Assembly (NCBI GenBank): GCA_934633985.1
Contig: CAKTYU010000004.1
Location: 11,519-75,518 of the forward strand
DNA length: 64,000 nt
Reading direction: 5' to 3'
Source of the DNA: an uncultured Clostridia bacterium
GTDB lineage: Bacteria; Bacillota; Clostridia; Christensenellales; CAG-138
Shown here: positions 26,701-35,741 of the stretch, one piece after another
Layout: each line of letters begins with the position of its first letter
How positions within the stretch are numbered: position 1 is the first letter of the stretch
Notes under the pieces: generated by a model
What the model saw: only the letters and a program-made list of their open reading frames with translations
What the model was told of the DNA's origin: nothing
Database searches by the model: none
Program-made: the position numbers and the translations under genes

Positions 26701-26945
26701 AAAAAAGCGGCTTAACGCCGCTTCAGAGTGTCAAAAAAGTGGCTGAATGCCACTTTTTTGAGTTTTACGGGTTTTGCCTCTCGCATTCGCTCCCGGGCGG
26801 CAAAATCCGCAAAGTACGAAAACCTCTGGGTTTTCATCCGTTCTGACGCACATGTCGTCAGAACCGGATTAAACATAAGGGGCTGCGGCCCCTTATCAAC
26901 CCTGGGGTTTTTTGACAGACTGAAGCGGCTTAACGCCGCTTTTTT
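26701..26945. repeat. hairpin cluster bracketed by two copies of the same terminator-like module
   Basis: GCGGCTTAACGCCGC occurs at 26707-26721 and 26926-26940. Flanks GCTTCAGAGTGTCAAAAAA (26720-26738) and TTTTTTGACAGACTGAAGC (26908-26926) are complementary apart from an AG/GA pair. At least five further hairpins lie between them, including the bidirectional terminator GTGGC-TGAAT-GCCAC (26733-26759). Confidence 0.6.
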
Positions 26946-26958
26946 GTTATTCTTCCGG

Positions 26959-28152
26959 CTATCTGACGCCCTCCAGCATTTCCAGGAAAGCCTCTATGCG
27001 GGTGCGAAGCTGGCCTTCATCCCCGGGAGAATAGTCGGTACGGATATGCAGGAAGGGTACGCCTTCCTCGGCACAGATGTCTCCTATCGTTTTGCTCTCC
27101 ACATCAAACGGAGTGCAGGCGTGGACGGTGATGCTGATGACGCCGTCTACCCTCCATTCCGCAAGGGTACTGCGCAGCTGTTCGAAACGGCGGGTATTGG
27201 GCGACATTACCGCGCAGGGCACCTCAAGGTACTTCTCTGCAATGGCCGTCATGGGGTCGGCCTCCGGGCTCTCATTGATCGGCCGCCGCATATTCATTAT
27301 GCCGCAGCAGCCCTCGTAGCACACGATAGCCGCCCCCAGCTCCTCTATGACGCCGAGGGTCTTATCCACAACGCCGTCTATGCCCGCGCCGGAAACCAAT
27401 ATGCGCAGCGGGCGCTGCTCCGGCCTGTAGGGGCCCTTGCCCTCCTCCCATTGCTCACGCATAAGCCTGAGCATACGCTCGGTCTTTTCCAGCTTGTTTT
27501 TCTTATCCAGCATAAAATACTCCGCCGTGAGCACGCTTCGCATCTGCAAGCCGGTGGCGGCGGGCGGGTCCAGCTTGCCCAGCTCATAAAGCTGCGCCAT
27601 CTGGCTGCGCTCCCGGTTGAGTATGCGTATGGACTCCTGAAGCTTTTCGTCGGTTATCTCCACGCCGAAGCGCTCCTCAAGCGCCTCCTTAAAGCGTATA
27701 AGCTCCTCCCTCCAGCTTTCCAGCGACCGCTCCCGGTCGGGTATATTGGGAAGATGTATGACGTGCATCCGCTTAAGCTCCGAAAGCATCTCATACATCT
27801 TTTTCTTGCCGTCGCAGGTGGTCTCGCCCACTATAAGATCGGAATAGAAGGCGAAGGGGCAGGTTTCGCCCAGTATGTTACCATAGCTGGATTTGATGAG
27901 GGGGCAAAGATTTGCCGGCAGCTCAGTCTCCGCGAGGGGTATGGGCGGATCGTAATTGAAGCCGCAGAGCAGCACGTTGTACATACCCCCCGCGTTGATT
28001 ATCTCCATGGGGGCGTATTGGCAGAAGGAGCCTATAACTATATCCCCCTTTTCGGCAGCCTCCTTTACGAAAATGCTGGCGTTTTTCTTTGCGCCGGCAA
28101 ATTCGTCCATAATATCCTGCAATTCCTGAGTGCGATCCTTTAAGCTCTCCAT
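26959..28152 (-). CDS. 2-hydroxyacyl-CoA dehydratase-family / double-cubane-cluster-type reductase subunit (paralog B)
   Basis: 397 aa. Motifs LCPLIKSSYG, GETTCDGKKKMY, VMSPNTRR and TDYS, all shared with the paralog at 28416..29570. Confidence 0.75.
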   Translation of the reverse strand: MESLKDRTQELQDIMDEFAGAKKNASIFVKEAAEKGDIVIGSFCQYAPMEIINAGGMYNVLLCGFNYDPPIPLAETELPANLCPLIKSSYGNILGETCPFAFYSDLIVGETTCDGKKKMYEMLSELKRMHVIHLPNIPDRERSLESWREELIRFKEALEERFGVEITDEKLQESIRILNRERSQMAQLYELGKLDPPAATGLQMRSVLTAEYFMLDKKNKLEKTERMLRLMREQWEEGKGPYRPEQRPLRILVSGAGIDGVVDKTLGVIEELGAAIVCYEGCCGIMNMRRPINESPEADPMTAIAEKYLEVPCAVMSPNTRRFEQLRSTLAEWRVDGVISITVHACTPFDVESKTIGDICAEEGVPFLHIRTDYSPGDEGQLRTRIEAFLEMLEGVR

Positions 28153-28182
28153 AAAAGTTGCGATCCTTTCAAAAAAGTACCG

Positions 28183-28422
28183 TTATAATTCCAGCGTATA
28201 CACCTGACCGAAGGACAGTCCGTTTTCCCTTAAAAAGCCCTCTATCCTTTCCCTGTCCCGGGCCGGGGCGCGCCATGCAAAGCCACAGCTTGCGGTGATC
28301 TGGTTGGGCACGGGTATTATGCTCCCCGGTATATCGTGCTTGCGGCACGCCTCCTCCATCGCAAGGGCGGCGGTCATGTTAGGGAAGGATACTACCGTGC
28401 AGCTTTCCTTGTCCTTCAGCAT
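28183..28422 (-). CDS. DUF3343 (putative Se/S carrier-like) small protein
   Basis: 79 aa from ATG 28422 (MLKDKESCTVVSF...IPVPNQITASCGFAWR). The start overlaps the upstream stop (ATGCTGA). Single conserved Cys in the SCG context. Confidence 0.7.
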   Translation of the reverse strand: MLKDKESCTVVSFPNMTAALAMEEACRKHDIPGSIIPVPNQITASCGFAWRAPARDRERIEGFLRENGLSFGQVYTLEL

Positions 28423-29570
28423 AGAGTCTCTATAAACGCAGATATGCGCGTATCTATCTGCCCCGCATCCTCTTGGGAATAGTCCGTCTCCAGCGACATG
28501 TAGGGCACACCTATCCCCTCGCACAGCTTGCGCACCGCCCGCGTCTCTATCATGTATGTGGTGCAGGTCTGAAGGGTCACGTCAATTACGCCCTCCGCTC
28601 CAAATTCCCTTATCAGCTCGGGCAGGTTTTCCATGCGCCTCGAGTTGGGCGACATTACGGAGCAGCCGATGTTTATATAAGCGTCGGCGATGGCCTCCGC
28701 CATATCCTCCCGCTCCGTATCCACAAAGCAGCGGGCGGCCTTTATGCCGCTGCAATTTTCATAGCATACTACTGCGCCGCCGCTGCGCTCCACGGCGCCC
28801 ACCACCTTTTCCAGCACTCCCCCTATGGGGCAGCCGGTGATGAGTATGCGCCTTTCTTCTTTCTTTGTGCCGCCGGCCTCCCCGTATGCCCTGCGTATTT
28901 CGACGGTGAGGGCGCGGGTGGAGGCTATGGCCTCCTCCACGTCAAAGTTAAAGTTGAGCCCCTCCATGAATTTATATAGCTTCTGGCCGGAGATAGGCAC
29001 CGGTGAAATGCGCTGAAGCTCCATAAGCTCCGAACGGGCGCGGCGCAGCTCGTTACGCCTGTCAGCGGCCTTACGCAGCATCTCGTCGGTTATTTCAACG
29101 CCGGTTTCCCTGCTTACAAAATCGATAAATCGACGGATCTCGCTGATCCAGAGCTTGCGGGAATACGTGCGGTCTATGCCCTGAGGTATCTGGAGCACGT
29201 ACATTTTTTTGCGCTGCCCCAGCAGGTCGTACATTTTCTTTTTCCCGTCGCAGGTGGTCTCGCCGATGATAATATCCGACCAATAGGTATAGGGGCATTT
29301 GTCCGTTATGGCAAAGCCGTAGCTGGACTTGATAAGCGGGCAGAGGTTCTTGGGCAGGGCGGTCTCCGCCGCCGGTATGGTCTCGCCGCTCATCCCGCAA
29401 AGGCTCACTGAAAGCAGCCCTGCGGCGTCCAGCACCTCCAGCGGGGTATAGGTGCAGAAGTAGCCCGCCACCTTATATCCGTTTTCCTTTGCCGCCTTCA
29501 TCCTGAGAAAGCCGGCCTTGCGCCCCTCAGAGTATTCCTCAAAGCGCTTCGGCAGTTTTAGTTCCTCCAT
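28416..29570 (-). CDS. 2-hydroxyacyl-CoA dehydratase-family / double-cubane-cluster-type reductase subunit (paralog A)
   Basis: 384 aa. Motifs FCTYTPLEV, LCPLIKSSYG, GETTCDGKKKMY, VMSPNSRR and TDYS. Confidence 0.75.
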   Translation of the reverse strand: MEELKLPKRFEEYSEGRKAGFLRMKAAKENGYKVAGYFCTYTPLEVLDAAGLLSVSLCGMSGETIPAAETALPKNLCPLIKSSYGFAITDKCPYTYWSDIIIGETTCDGKKKMYDLLGQRKKMYVLQIPQGIDRTYSRKLWISEIRRFIDFVSRETGVEITDEMLRKAADRRNELRRARSELMELQRISPVPISGQKLYKFMEGLNFNFDVEEAIASTRALTVEIRRAYGEAGGTKKEERRILITGCPIGGVLEKVVGAVERSGGAVVCYENCSGIKAARCFVDTEREDMAEAIADAYINIGCSVMSPNSRRMENLPELIREFGAEGVIDVTLQTCTTYMIETRAVRKLCEGIGVPYMSLETDYSQEDAGQIDTRISAFIETLC

Positions 29571-29585
29571 GCTCGATCCTCCGAT

Positions 29586-30356
29586 CTATTTCATATTCCG
29601 CGCATAAAGGGCCGCCCCTATCGCGCCGGCATAGCGGGCGAGGGGTGCGCTCTTTACGGGCGCCCCTATCTTTTCAGAAAGCATCTCCAATATAAACGGC
29701 AGCTCGCAAAGCCCTCCCGAAAGGTAAAAGTCGCCGCCGCTCACCGCTAGCCGCCCGAGCTGTCCCCATACCTTGCTGGCTATGGACTCCACTATGCCGT
29801 ATGCTATGTCCTCCTTGTCCGTGCCGCGCCCTATGAGGCTGACCACCTCGGATTCCGCGAATACCGTACACATGGAGGATATGCTCACATGGTTCCTGCT
29901 GCGGCGGGCCAGCTCGCAAAGCTCGTCCAGCCTTACGCCCAGCGTCCCCGCCATTATATCCAAAAAGCGGCCTGTCCCCGCGGAGCATTTGTCGTTCATT
30001 ATAAAGTTCTGCACCCGTCCGTCCCTTACCTCGATTATCTTGGTATCCTGCCCGCCTATATCTATGACGGTAAAGCCATCGCTTTTGAACAGCCATGACG
30101 CGCCCTTTCCGTGGCACGATATCTCGGTGACGGTCTTATGGGCAAAGGGTATGGACACCCGCCCGTAGCCCGTTGCTACTATCCGCGCGTCATTTTTATG
30201 TATGTCACGCGCCTCCATATCGCCGAGCAGGCCCTCCGTCGTTTCAACGCAGTTCCAGCCCGTCGGGACCACCTTGCTGAAGATCAGGCTGCCCTCTTCG
30301 TCAAGGACCGCCGCCTTGGTGCAGGTAGAGCCCACATCGAATCCTATATAACGCAT
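29586..30356 (-). CDS. BcrAD/BadFG/HgdC-type ATPase activator (acyl-CoA dehydratase activase-like)
   Basis: MRYIGFDVGSTCTK, DIGGQDTK, NDKCSAGTGRFLD (bridging-cluster Cys). ATG 30356 preceded by GGAGAG. The ORF-track start 30431 is probably over-extended. Confidence 0.85.
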   Translation of the reverse strand: MRYIGFDVGSTCTKAAVLDEEGSLIFSKVVPTGWNCVETTEGLLGDMEARDIHKNDARIVATGYGRVSIPFAHKTVTEISCHGKGASWLFKSDGFTVIDIGGQDTKIIEVRDGRVQNFIMNDKCSAGTGRFLDIMAGTLGVRLDELCELARRSRNHVSISSMCTVFAESEVVSLIGRGTDKEDIAYGIVESIASKVWGQLGRLAVSGGDFYLSGGLCELPFILEMLSEKIGAPVKSAPLARYAGAIGAALYARNMK

Positions 30357-30490
30357 AAATTTTCTCTCCGACAGATATTTTTGCGGCAGCGCCCACAGCG
30401 CCCCTTGGGTGCAGTTTGATTCTATCAACAAAAGCCATAAGGGTAAAATTCAAAATTTCGATATCGGCCGTTTATGATATAATTTTTGAA

Positions 30491-30521
30491 TATGAAAAGG
30501 GCGGGGTGCTTCCCCCGCCCT
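30491..30521 (-). terminator. terminator after the UPF0316 gene
   Basis: Minus strand: AGGGCGGGG-GAAGCA-CCCCGCCCT then TTTTCATATTC. Confidence 0.75.
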
Positions 30522-30530
30522 GCTTATCCT

Positions 30531-31118
30531 TTACTTTCTCGCCGAGCTCCTCTGCCTTGCGTTACGCATATAGCCGCCGCGGACGGTTTTTACGTCGCTT
30601 ACGGTTATCATGGCGGCGGGGCAGGTCTGCTGTATCTCGTCCATTACCGACTTGAGCAGCTTGCGCTTTATCATCATTATCAGCATATAGTGGTTGTTGG
30701 CGTCCTTGCCCTTTACATCTATGGAGGTGATGCCGTAGCCCTGGCTTTGCAGATAGTTGGCCAGCTTCTTGGTCTCCTCCAGCGTGGGCACGACTATTTG
30801 CAGCGATGAAAGGCCGAAGGCCAGCAGATCATCCAGCCATGAGCCCACGTAATTGCCGCCCGCGTATGCGAGGGCATACGATATCGCCTTGCCTATATCG
30901 TTCTTCCAGCCGTCCAGCACGCTGCTTGCGATTACCAGCCAGAGCGTTATCTCGATTATGGCGATAAGGCTTCCCTTTATCCTTTCGCCGCGGTTTATAA
31001 GCACTATCCGGAGGGTGCAAAGCGAGACCTCCAGCACCTTGCCGAAGAAGATCACGATATATACCCAGAAGCTGCCGCTGCCCAGGAACGCGTCAAACCA
31101 TGTGAAAAATGCCTGCAT
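30531..31118 (-). CDS. UPF0316-family membrane protein (DUF2179 C-terminal domain)
   Basis: Three N-terminal TM helices, then a ferredoxin-like domain (GYGITSIDVKGKD...ITVSDVKTVRGG). ATG 31118 (MQAFFTWF) preferred. Confidence 0.65.
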   Translation of the reverse strand: MQAFFTWFDAFLGSGSFWVYIVIFFGKVLEVSLCTLRIVLINRGERIKGSLIAIIEITLWLVIASSVLDGWKNDIGKAISYALAYAGGNYVGSWLDDLLAFGLSSLQIVVPTLEETKKLANYLQSQGYGITSIDVKGKDANNHYMLIMMIKRKLLKSVMDEIQQTCPAAMITVSDVKTVRGGYMRNARQRSSARK

Positions 31119-31217
31119 GAATATATCATCCCTTTCTGTATGTCCTGCACCTTCCAACGCGAATAGCGCCTATTATATCATACTCCGGGGAAAAGTAAAC
31201 ATACTAATTATTAACAA

Positions 31218-31787
31218 TTATGCCGCCGGCCCTCCGGCCTCCTTTTCCTTTGCCCGGGCGATACGCTTTTTCCTGCCCCGCCACTGGCCTATTCCCAGTA
31301 CCCCGCCGAGGAGGTACGCAATGCCCGTGGCTATCATCACCACGTCCCCGACGGAGCCGCCGCCGCGCACGAGGTGGGTAGCGCTTATGTACAGGAAATA
31401 CCCTATGAGCGCTGCTCCCAGCACGGCGCACAGCACATACAGCAGCAAGCGCCACACCGGGTTATTCGGCTTGCCGTCCCTCATGAGCGGCCTTGTGAAG
31501 CCGCCTATAACGCCGCAAAGGGCAAAGTACGCAAGGCCCGTCATCACCGCGGTAAAGGCAAAATCCGCCGCCGTGCCCAGTATTCCCTCCTTCCGGGTGA
31601 AATTGCCGAGAAGGCTGGAGTTTTCCCTGCTGAGCCATATCGCGAACATCACACCCGCCCCTAACGAAAACAGCGCCGCAAAGAGGCCCCATGGGCCGTT
31701 TTTGCCGCGCACCGCTATAAAGCTGAATATCAGCGCCAACAGCGCCAGCGCCGCCATCAATACTATAACTATTGCAAAAGCGTCCAT
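31218..31787 (-). CDS. hypothetical polytopic membrane protein
   Basis: 189 aa, about 5 hydrophobic helices, basic C-terminus. No motif recognised. Confidence 0.5.
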   Translation of the reverse strand: MDAFAIVIVLMAALALLALIFSFIAVRGKNGPWGLFAALFSLGAGVMFAIWLSRENSSLLGNFTRKEGILGTAADFAFTAVMTGLAYFALCGVIGGFTRPLMRDGKPNNPVWRLLLYVLCAVLGAALIGYFLYISATHLVRGGGSVGDVVMIATGIAYLLGGVLGIGQWRGRKKRIARAKEKEAGGPAA

Positions 31788-31860
31788 ATTACCTGCTTCT
31801 CCCTTTTATTATGAGCTAACTATACCACATCACAGACCGCCTCGAAAGGTGTTTTTACAT

Positions 31861-31894
31861 AAAAACAGAAGCCCCGGAGGGCTTCTGCTCTTTT
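31861..31894. terminator. terminator after the nucleoside ABC operon
   Basis: CAGAAGCCC-CGGA-GGGCTTCTG, flanked by an A-tract and a T-tract. Confidence 0.75.
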
Positions 31895-31904
31895 ATTTAT
31901 CTTT

Positions 31905-32900
31905 TTATCTTTCTTCTCGGAAGTATGCAAGGCCGAGGCTCGCGGGGGGCTGATCCTCGCGCTTCTTGCGCAGGGAAACCACTATCAGCACTACCAGAGT
32001 GACTACATAAGGCAGCATCTTGTACAGCTCCTTTACGGAAAGCTCCGTGCCTGTCGGTATGTAGAGGTAGAGTATGTAGAAGCCGCCGAAGAGTATGGAG
32101 GCCAGCACGCTTACGTTAGGACGCCATATAGTGAATATGACCAGCGCTATGGCGAGCCAGCCGCGGTCGCCGAAGGCGTTGTTCGACCATACGCCGCAGG
32201 CATAGTCCATTACGTAGTACAGTCCGCCGAGGCCCGCTATCATACTTCCTACGCAGGTAGCCATGTACTTGTACTTGGTCACGTTTATGCCGGCTGCGTC
32301 GGCCGTGGCCGCGCTCTCGCCCACCGCCCTCAGGTGCAGGCCCGTGCGGGTGTGCTTGAGGAAGTATGAGCTCAGCAGCGCAATGATTATCGCCAGATAC
32401 GCCAAGAAGCCGTAGGACAGGAACACCTTGCCGAACCAGCCCGTGGTCTCGGCCATGGGCAAAGACTTGCTGAAGTAGCCGCTTGTGGCGGAAAGGGCTA
32501 TGGAGGGCACCTCGCTGCCGGTAAGCTTTATGAGGGAGCCGCCGAAGAAGTTGCCTATTCCTACGCCGAAGGTGGTCAGCGCAAGGCCGGTCACGTTCTG
32601 GTTGGCCCGCAGCGTTACCGTGAGCAGGCAGTAGATAAGGCCCATTATCAGGGAGCCCAGCAGCGAGGCGAGCATGGGTATGCCTATCGCCAGCACTGCG
32701 CTCATCTCCGCGGCGCTGGCTACGGACTGCTCATAGAAGAACGCCCCGATAACGCCGCATATACTGCCGACGTACATGACGCCGGGAATGCCCAGGTTCA
32801 GGTTGCCGGATTTCTCCGTCAATATCTCGCCTGTGCTGCCGTACAGCAGGGGTATGCCCTGCATGACTGCACGTGGGAGGAAAGATGCAAAATCGAACAT
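31905..32900 (-). CDS. ABC transporter permease (BMP/nucleoside uptake system, YufQ/NupQ-like)
   Basis: 331-aa polytopic permease, last gene of the BMP-ATPase-permease-permease operon. Confidence 0.85.
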   Translation of the reverse strand: MFDFASFLPRAVMQGIPLLYGSTGEILTEKSGNLNLGIPGVMYVGSICGVIGAFFYEQSVASAAEMSAVLAIGIPMLASLLGSLIMGLIYCLLTVTLRANQNVTGLALTTFGVGIGNFFGGSLIKLTGSEVPSIALSATSGYFSKSLPMAETTGWFGKVFLSYGFLAYLAIIIALLSSYFLKHTRTGLHLRAVGESAATADAAGINVTKYKYMATCVGSMIAGLGGLYYVMDYACGVWSNNAFGDRGWLAIALVIFTIWRPNVSVLASILFGGFYILYLYIPTGTELSVKELYKMLPYVVTLVVLIVVSLRKKREDQPPASLGLAYFREER

Positions 32901-32903
32901 TGC

Positions 32904-33995
32904 TTATGCCTCCTTCTTTACGGCCTTACGCAGGCTTACTTTGTAGTTGATGAAGAACTCGCTGCCGATGATGAAGAACAGTATTATGCCCGTCAGTATA
33001 TCGGCAAAGGAGTGGTTCAGGCCGAACACGCTGGATATCTCGCTTGCGCCGCGGCTCAGAACTACCAGCAGCAGACTGGTGAATATCATCATCAGCGGGT
33101 TGAACTTCGCCATCCAGGATACCATGACCGCGGTAAAGCCGCGCCCGCCCACTATTGTGGTCGTAAGCGTATGGTCTGTACCCGCCGTGAGGAGCAATCC
33201 CATGAGGCCGCACATTGCGCCGGAGAGCACCATGGTGCGTATTATGACCCGCTCTACCTTTATGCCAGCATAGCTTGCGGTGCGCTGGCTCTCGCCCACC
33301 ACGGCGATTTCATAGCCGTGCTTGCTGTACCTGAGGTATATGTAGGTCAGCACGGTCATCACCGCCACAACGAGTATCGTGAGCAGGTACTGCTTGCCCG
33401 CTATCTGGGGCAGCCAGCCGGCGTTGGTGTTCTGGTTGATTATGCCTATCTTGCCCGCGCCCTTGGGAACCTCCCAGACGATGATGTAATACGCTGCGAG
33501 CTGTGTCGCTATGTAGTTCATCATCAGCGTGAACAGCGTTTCGTTGGTATTCCAGCGCGCCTTGAAGAAGGCGGGCAGGAAGCCCCACAATGCGCCGGCG
33601 GCTATGGCCGCGGCTATCATTATGAGTATGAGAAGGCCGTTTGGCAGCTTATCGCCAAGGCAGATCATGCAGGCGGCGGTGGCGAGGCAGCCTATGAGCA
33701 CCTGGCCCTCCGCGCCTATGTTCCAGAAGCGCATCTTGAACGCGGGGGTAACGGCGAGGGATATGCCGAGCAGCACCGCCAAGTTCTGGAAGGTCACCCA
33801 TGTCTTTCGCGCCGTCCCGAAGGCCCCGTGGAATATGGTGCCGTAAATGCTTATGGGGTTCTCGCCCGTCATCAGCATTGTGACCAGCGCGCAGACTATC
33901 AGCGCAAGCAGTATGGCGCAGCCGCGTATTGCCGCCGAAATGTACCATGGGAGCGTGCCGCGCTTTGCGATATGGAATAGGGACTGTTTGTTCAT
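32904..33995 (-). CDS. ABC transporter permease (YufP/NupP-like)
   Basis: 363-aa polytopic permease adjacent to the ATPase. Confidence 0.85.
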   Translation of the reverse strand: MNKQSLFHIAKRGTLPWYISAAIRGCAILLALIVCALVTMLMTGENPISIYGTIFHGAFGTARKTWVTFQNLAVLLGISLAVTPAFKMRFWNIGAEGQVLIGCLATAACMICLGDKLPNGLLILIMIAAAIAAGALWGFLPAFFKARWNTNETLFTLMMNYIATQLAAYYIIVWEVPKGAGKIGIINQNTNAGWLPQIAGKQYLLTILVVAVMTVLTYIYLRYSKHGYEIAVVGESQRTASYAGIKVERVIIRTMVLSGAMCGLMGLLLTAGTDHTLTTTIVGGRGFTAVMVSWMAKFNPLMMIFTSLLLVVLSRGASEISSVFGLNHSFADILTGIILFFIIGSEFFINYKVSLRKAVKKEA

Positions 33996-33996
33996 G

Positions 33997-35532
33997 CTAT
34001 GCCTTTCCTCCTTCCACCCGTGTCATAAGCACGCCTACCTGACGCTTATCGGTATTGCGGGCGTCCACCACGCCGGATACCTGGCCGCCGCAGAGGACTA
34101 CTATCCTGTCGCACAGCTCCAGCAGCACGTCCAGATCCTCGCCCACGTATACCACGGCCACGCCCTTCATCTTCTGCTCCGTAAGGAGGTTGTAGATGGT
34201 GTAGGAGGTGTTTATATCCAGTCCGCGCACCGCGTAAGCAGTCATCAGCACAGAGGGGGACTGGGCTATCTCGCGGCCCACCAGCACCTTCTGCACGTTG
34301 CCGCCGGACATCCGGCGCACAGGGAAGGAGGTGCTCGGGGTGACTACCTCAAGCTCGTCCCAGATGCGCTTTGCCAGCGCCTCGGGGTCCCTGCGGTTCA
34401 CAAAGGGGCTGGTTCCCTTGCGCCAGGAGCGCAGCATCATGTTGCCCGTCATGCCCATCGAGCCCACCAGGCCCATGCCCAGCCTGTCCTCGGGCACGAA
34501 GGACATCGCTATGCCCTTCTTGCGTATATCCATGGGGTCCAGGCCCACAAGGTTGCGCCCTTCCTCGTCGTCCGGCCCGTAATAGGTAACGGTGCCGGAG
34601 GATATGGGATAAAGGCCGGCTATGGACTCAAGCAGCTCGCGCTGCCCGCTGCCCGCTACCCCCGCAATGCCCAGCACCTCGCCGGCATTGATGGTAAAGC
34701 TCACGTCGCTGAGGCGCTTTACGCCCAGCTCATCGTAAACGGTAAGGCCGTCTATGACCACGCGGGGCGTGATATTGATGGGATCGGGGCGGTTGATGTT
34801 CAAGCTTACGCTGCGGCCCACCATCATATCCGTCAATGACTGCTGATCGGCGTCCTTGGTCATAACGTCGCCTATGTATTCGCCCTTGCGGAGGACGGCG
34901 ACCCGGTCGGATACCTCCAGCACCTCATGCAGCTTATGGGTGATTATGATGAGGGATTTGCCGTCCGCCTTCATGTTTCGCATTATCTGGAAGAGCTTGT
35001 CGGTCTCCTGCGGAGTCAAAACGGCGGTAGGCTCGTCAAGTATCAGGATGTCAGCGCCGCGGTAAAGAACCTTTACGATTTCCACGGTCTGCTTCTGAGA
35101 AACCGACATATCGTATATCTTCTGATTGGGATCTATATCGAAGCCGTATTTTTCGCAGATCTCTCGTACCTTTTTGCCGGCCTCCGCCAGCTCCAGCTTG
35201 CCCTCGAGGCCCAATACGATGTTTTCCGTTGCGGTAAACACATCCACCAGCTTAAAGTGCTGATGAATCATGCCTATGCCGTTGTCAAAGGCGTCTTTAG
35301 GCGAAGCGATCGTCACGGGCTTGCCGTGAATGTAGATTTGCCCCTCGTCGGGGTAATAAATTCCGGAGAGCATATTCATAAGGGTGGTTTTTCCGCTGCC
35401 GTTCTCGCCCAAAAGGGAGAGTATCTCACCCTCGTGCAGTTCGAGATTGATGTTGTGGTTGGCAACTATCGAACCGAATTTTTTAGTAATGTTCTCCATC
35501 TTAACTGCACATGCAGTTCCCAAGGCAGTCAC
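33997..35532 (-). CDS. ABC transporter ATP-binding protein, duplicated ATPase (YufO/NupO-like)
   Basis: Two ABC cassettes (GENGSGKTT ... GVAGSGQRE), LSVSQKQ and MSGGNVQK signatures. Start uncertain: GTG 35532 or ATG 35499. Confidence 0.88.
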   Translation of the reverse strand: MTALGTACAVKMENITKKFGSIVANHNINLELHEGEILSLLGENGSGKTTLMNMLSGIYYPDEGQIYIHGKPVTIASPKDAFDNGIGMIHQHFKLVDVFTATENIVLGLEGKLELAEAGKKVREICEKYGFDIDPNQKIYDMSVSQKQTVEIVKVLYRGADILILDEPTAVLTPQETDKLFQIMRNMKADGKSLIIITHKLHEVLEVSDRVAVLRKGEYIGDVMTKDADQQSLTDMMVGRSVSLNINRPDPINITPRVVIDGLTVYDELGVKRLSDVSFTINAGEVLGIAGVAGSGQRELLESIAGLYPISSGTVTYYGPDDEEGRNLVGLDPMDIRKKGIAMSFVPEDRLGMGLVGSMGMTGNMMLRSWRKGTSPFVNRRDPEALAKRIWDELEVVTPSTSFPVRRMSGGNVQKVLVGREIAQSPSVLMTAYAVRGLDINTSYTIYNLLTEQKMKGVAVVYVGEDLDVLLELCDRIVVLCGGQVSGVVDARNTDKRQVGVLMTRVEGGKA

Positions 35533-35697
35533 CCTTTCTTTGTGGAATGAATCTCGGAAATTTCTCCCGGATTTTTGATTTGATTGATTTTATATTATCA
35601 TAACAAATTTTGTTTGTAAACCAAAATGCTTTGGGTATTTTAGGCGCCGGCCGGAAAGATAAGCCGCAGCCGGCGCCGCATGCCCTTCACATTCAAT

Positions 35698-35731
35698 AAA
35701 AAACGGGCTGCCCGAAGGCAGCACGTTTTTT
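35698..35731. terminator. intra-operon terminator/attenuator after the binding-protein gene
   Basis: AAAAAA-CGGGCTGCC-CGAA-GGCAGCACG-TTTTTT, between the BMP lipoprotein gene and the ATPase gene. Confidence 0.7.
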
Positions 35732-35741
35732 ATAGCGATCT

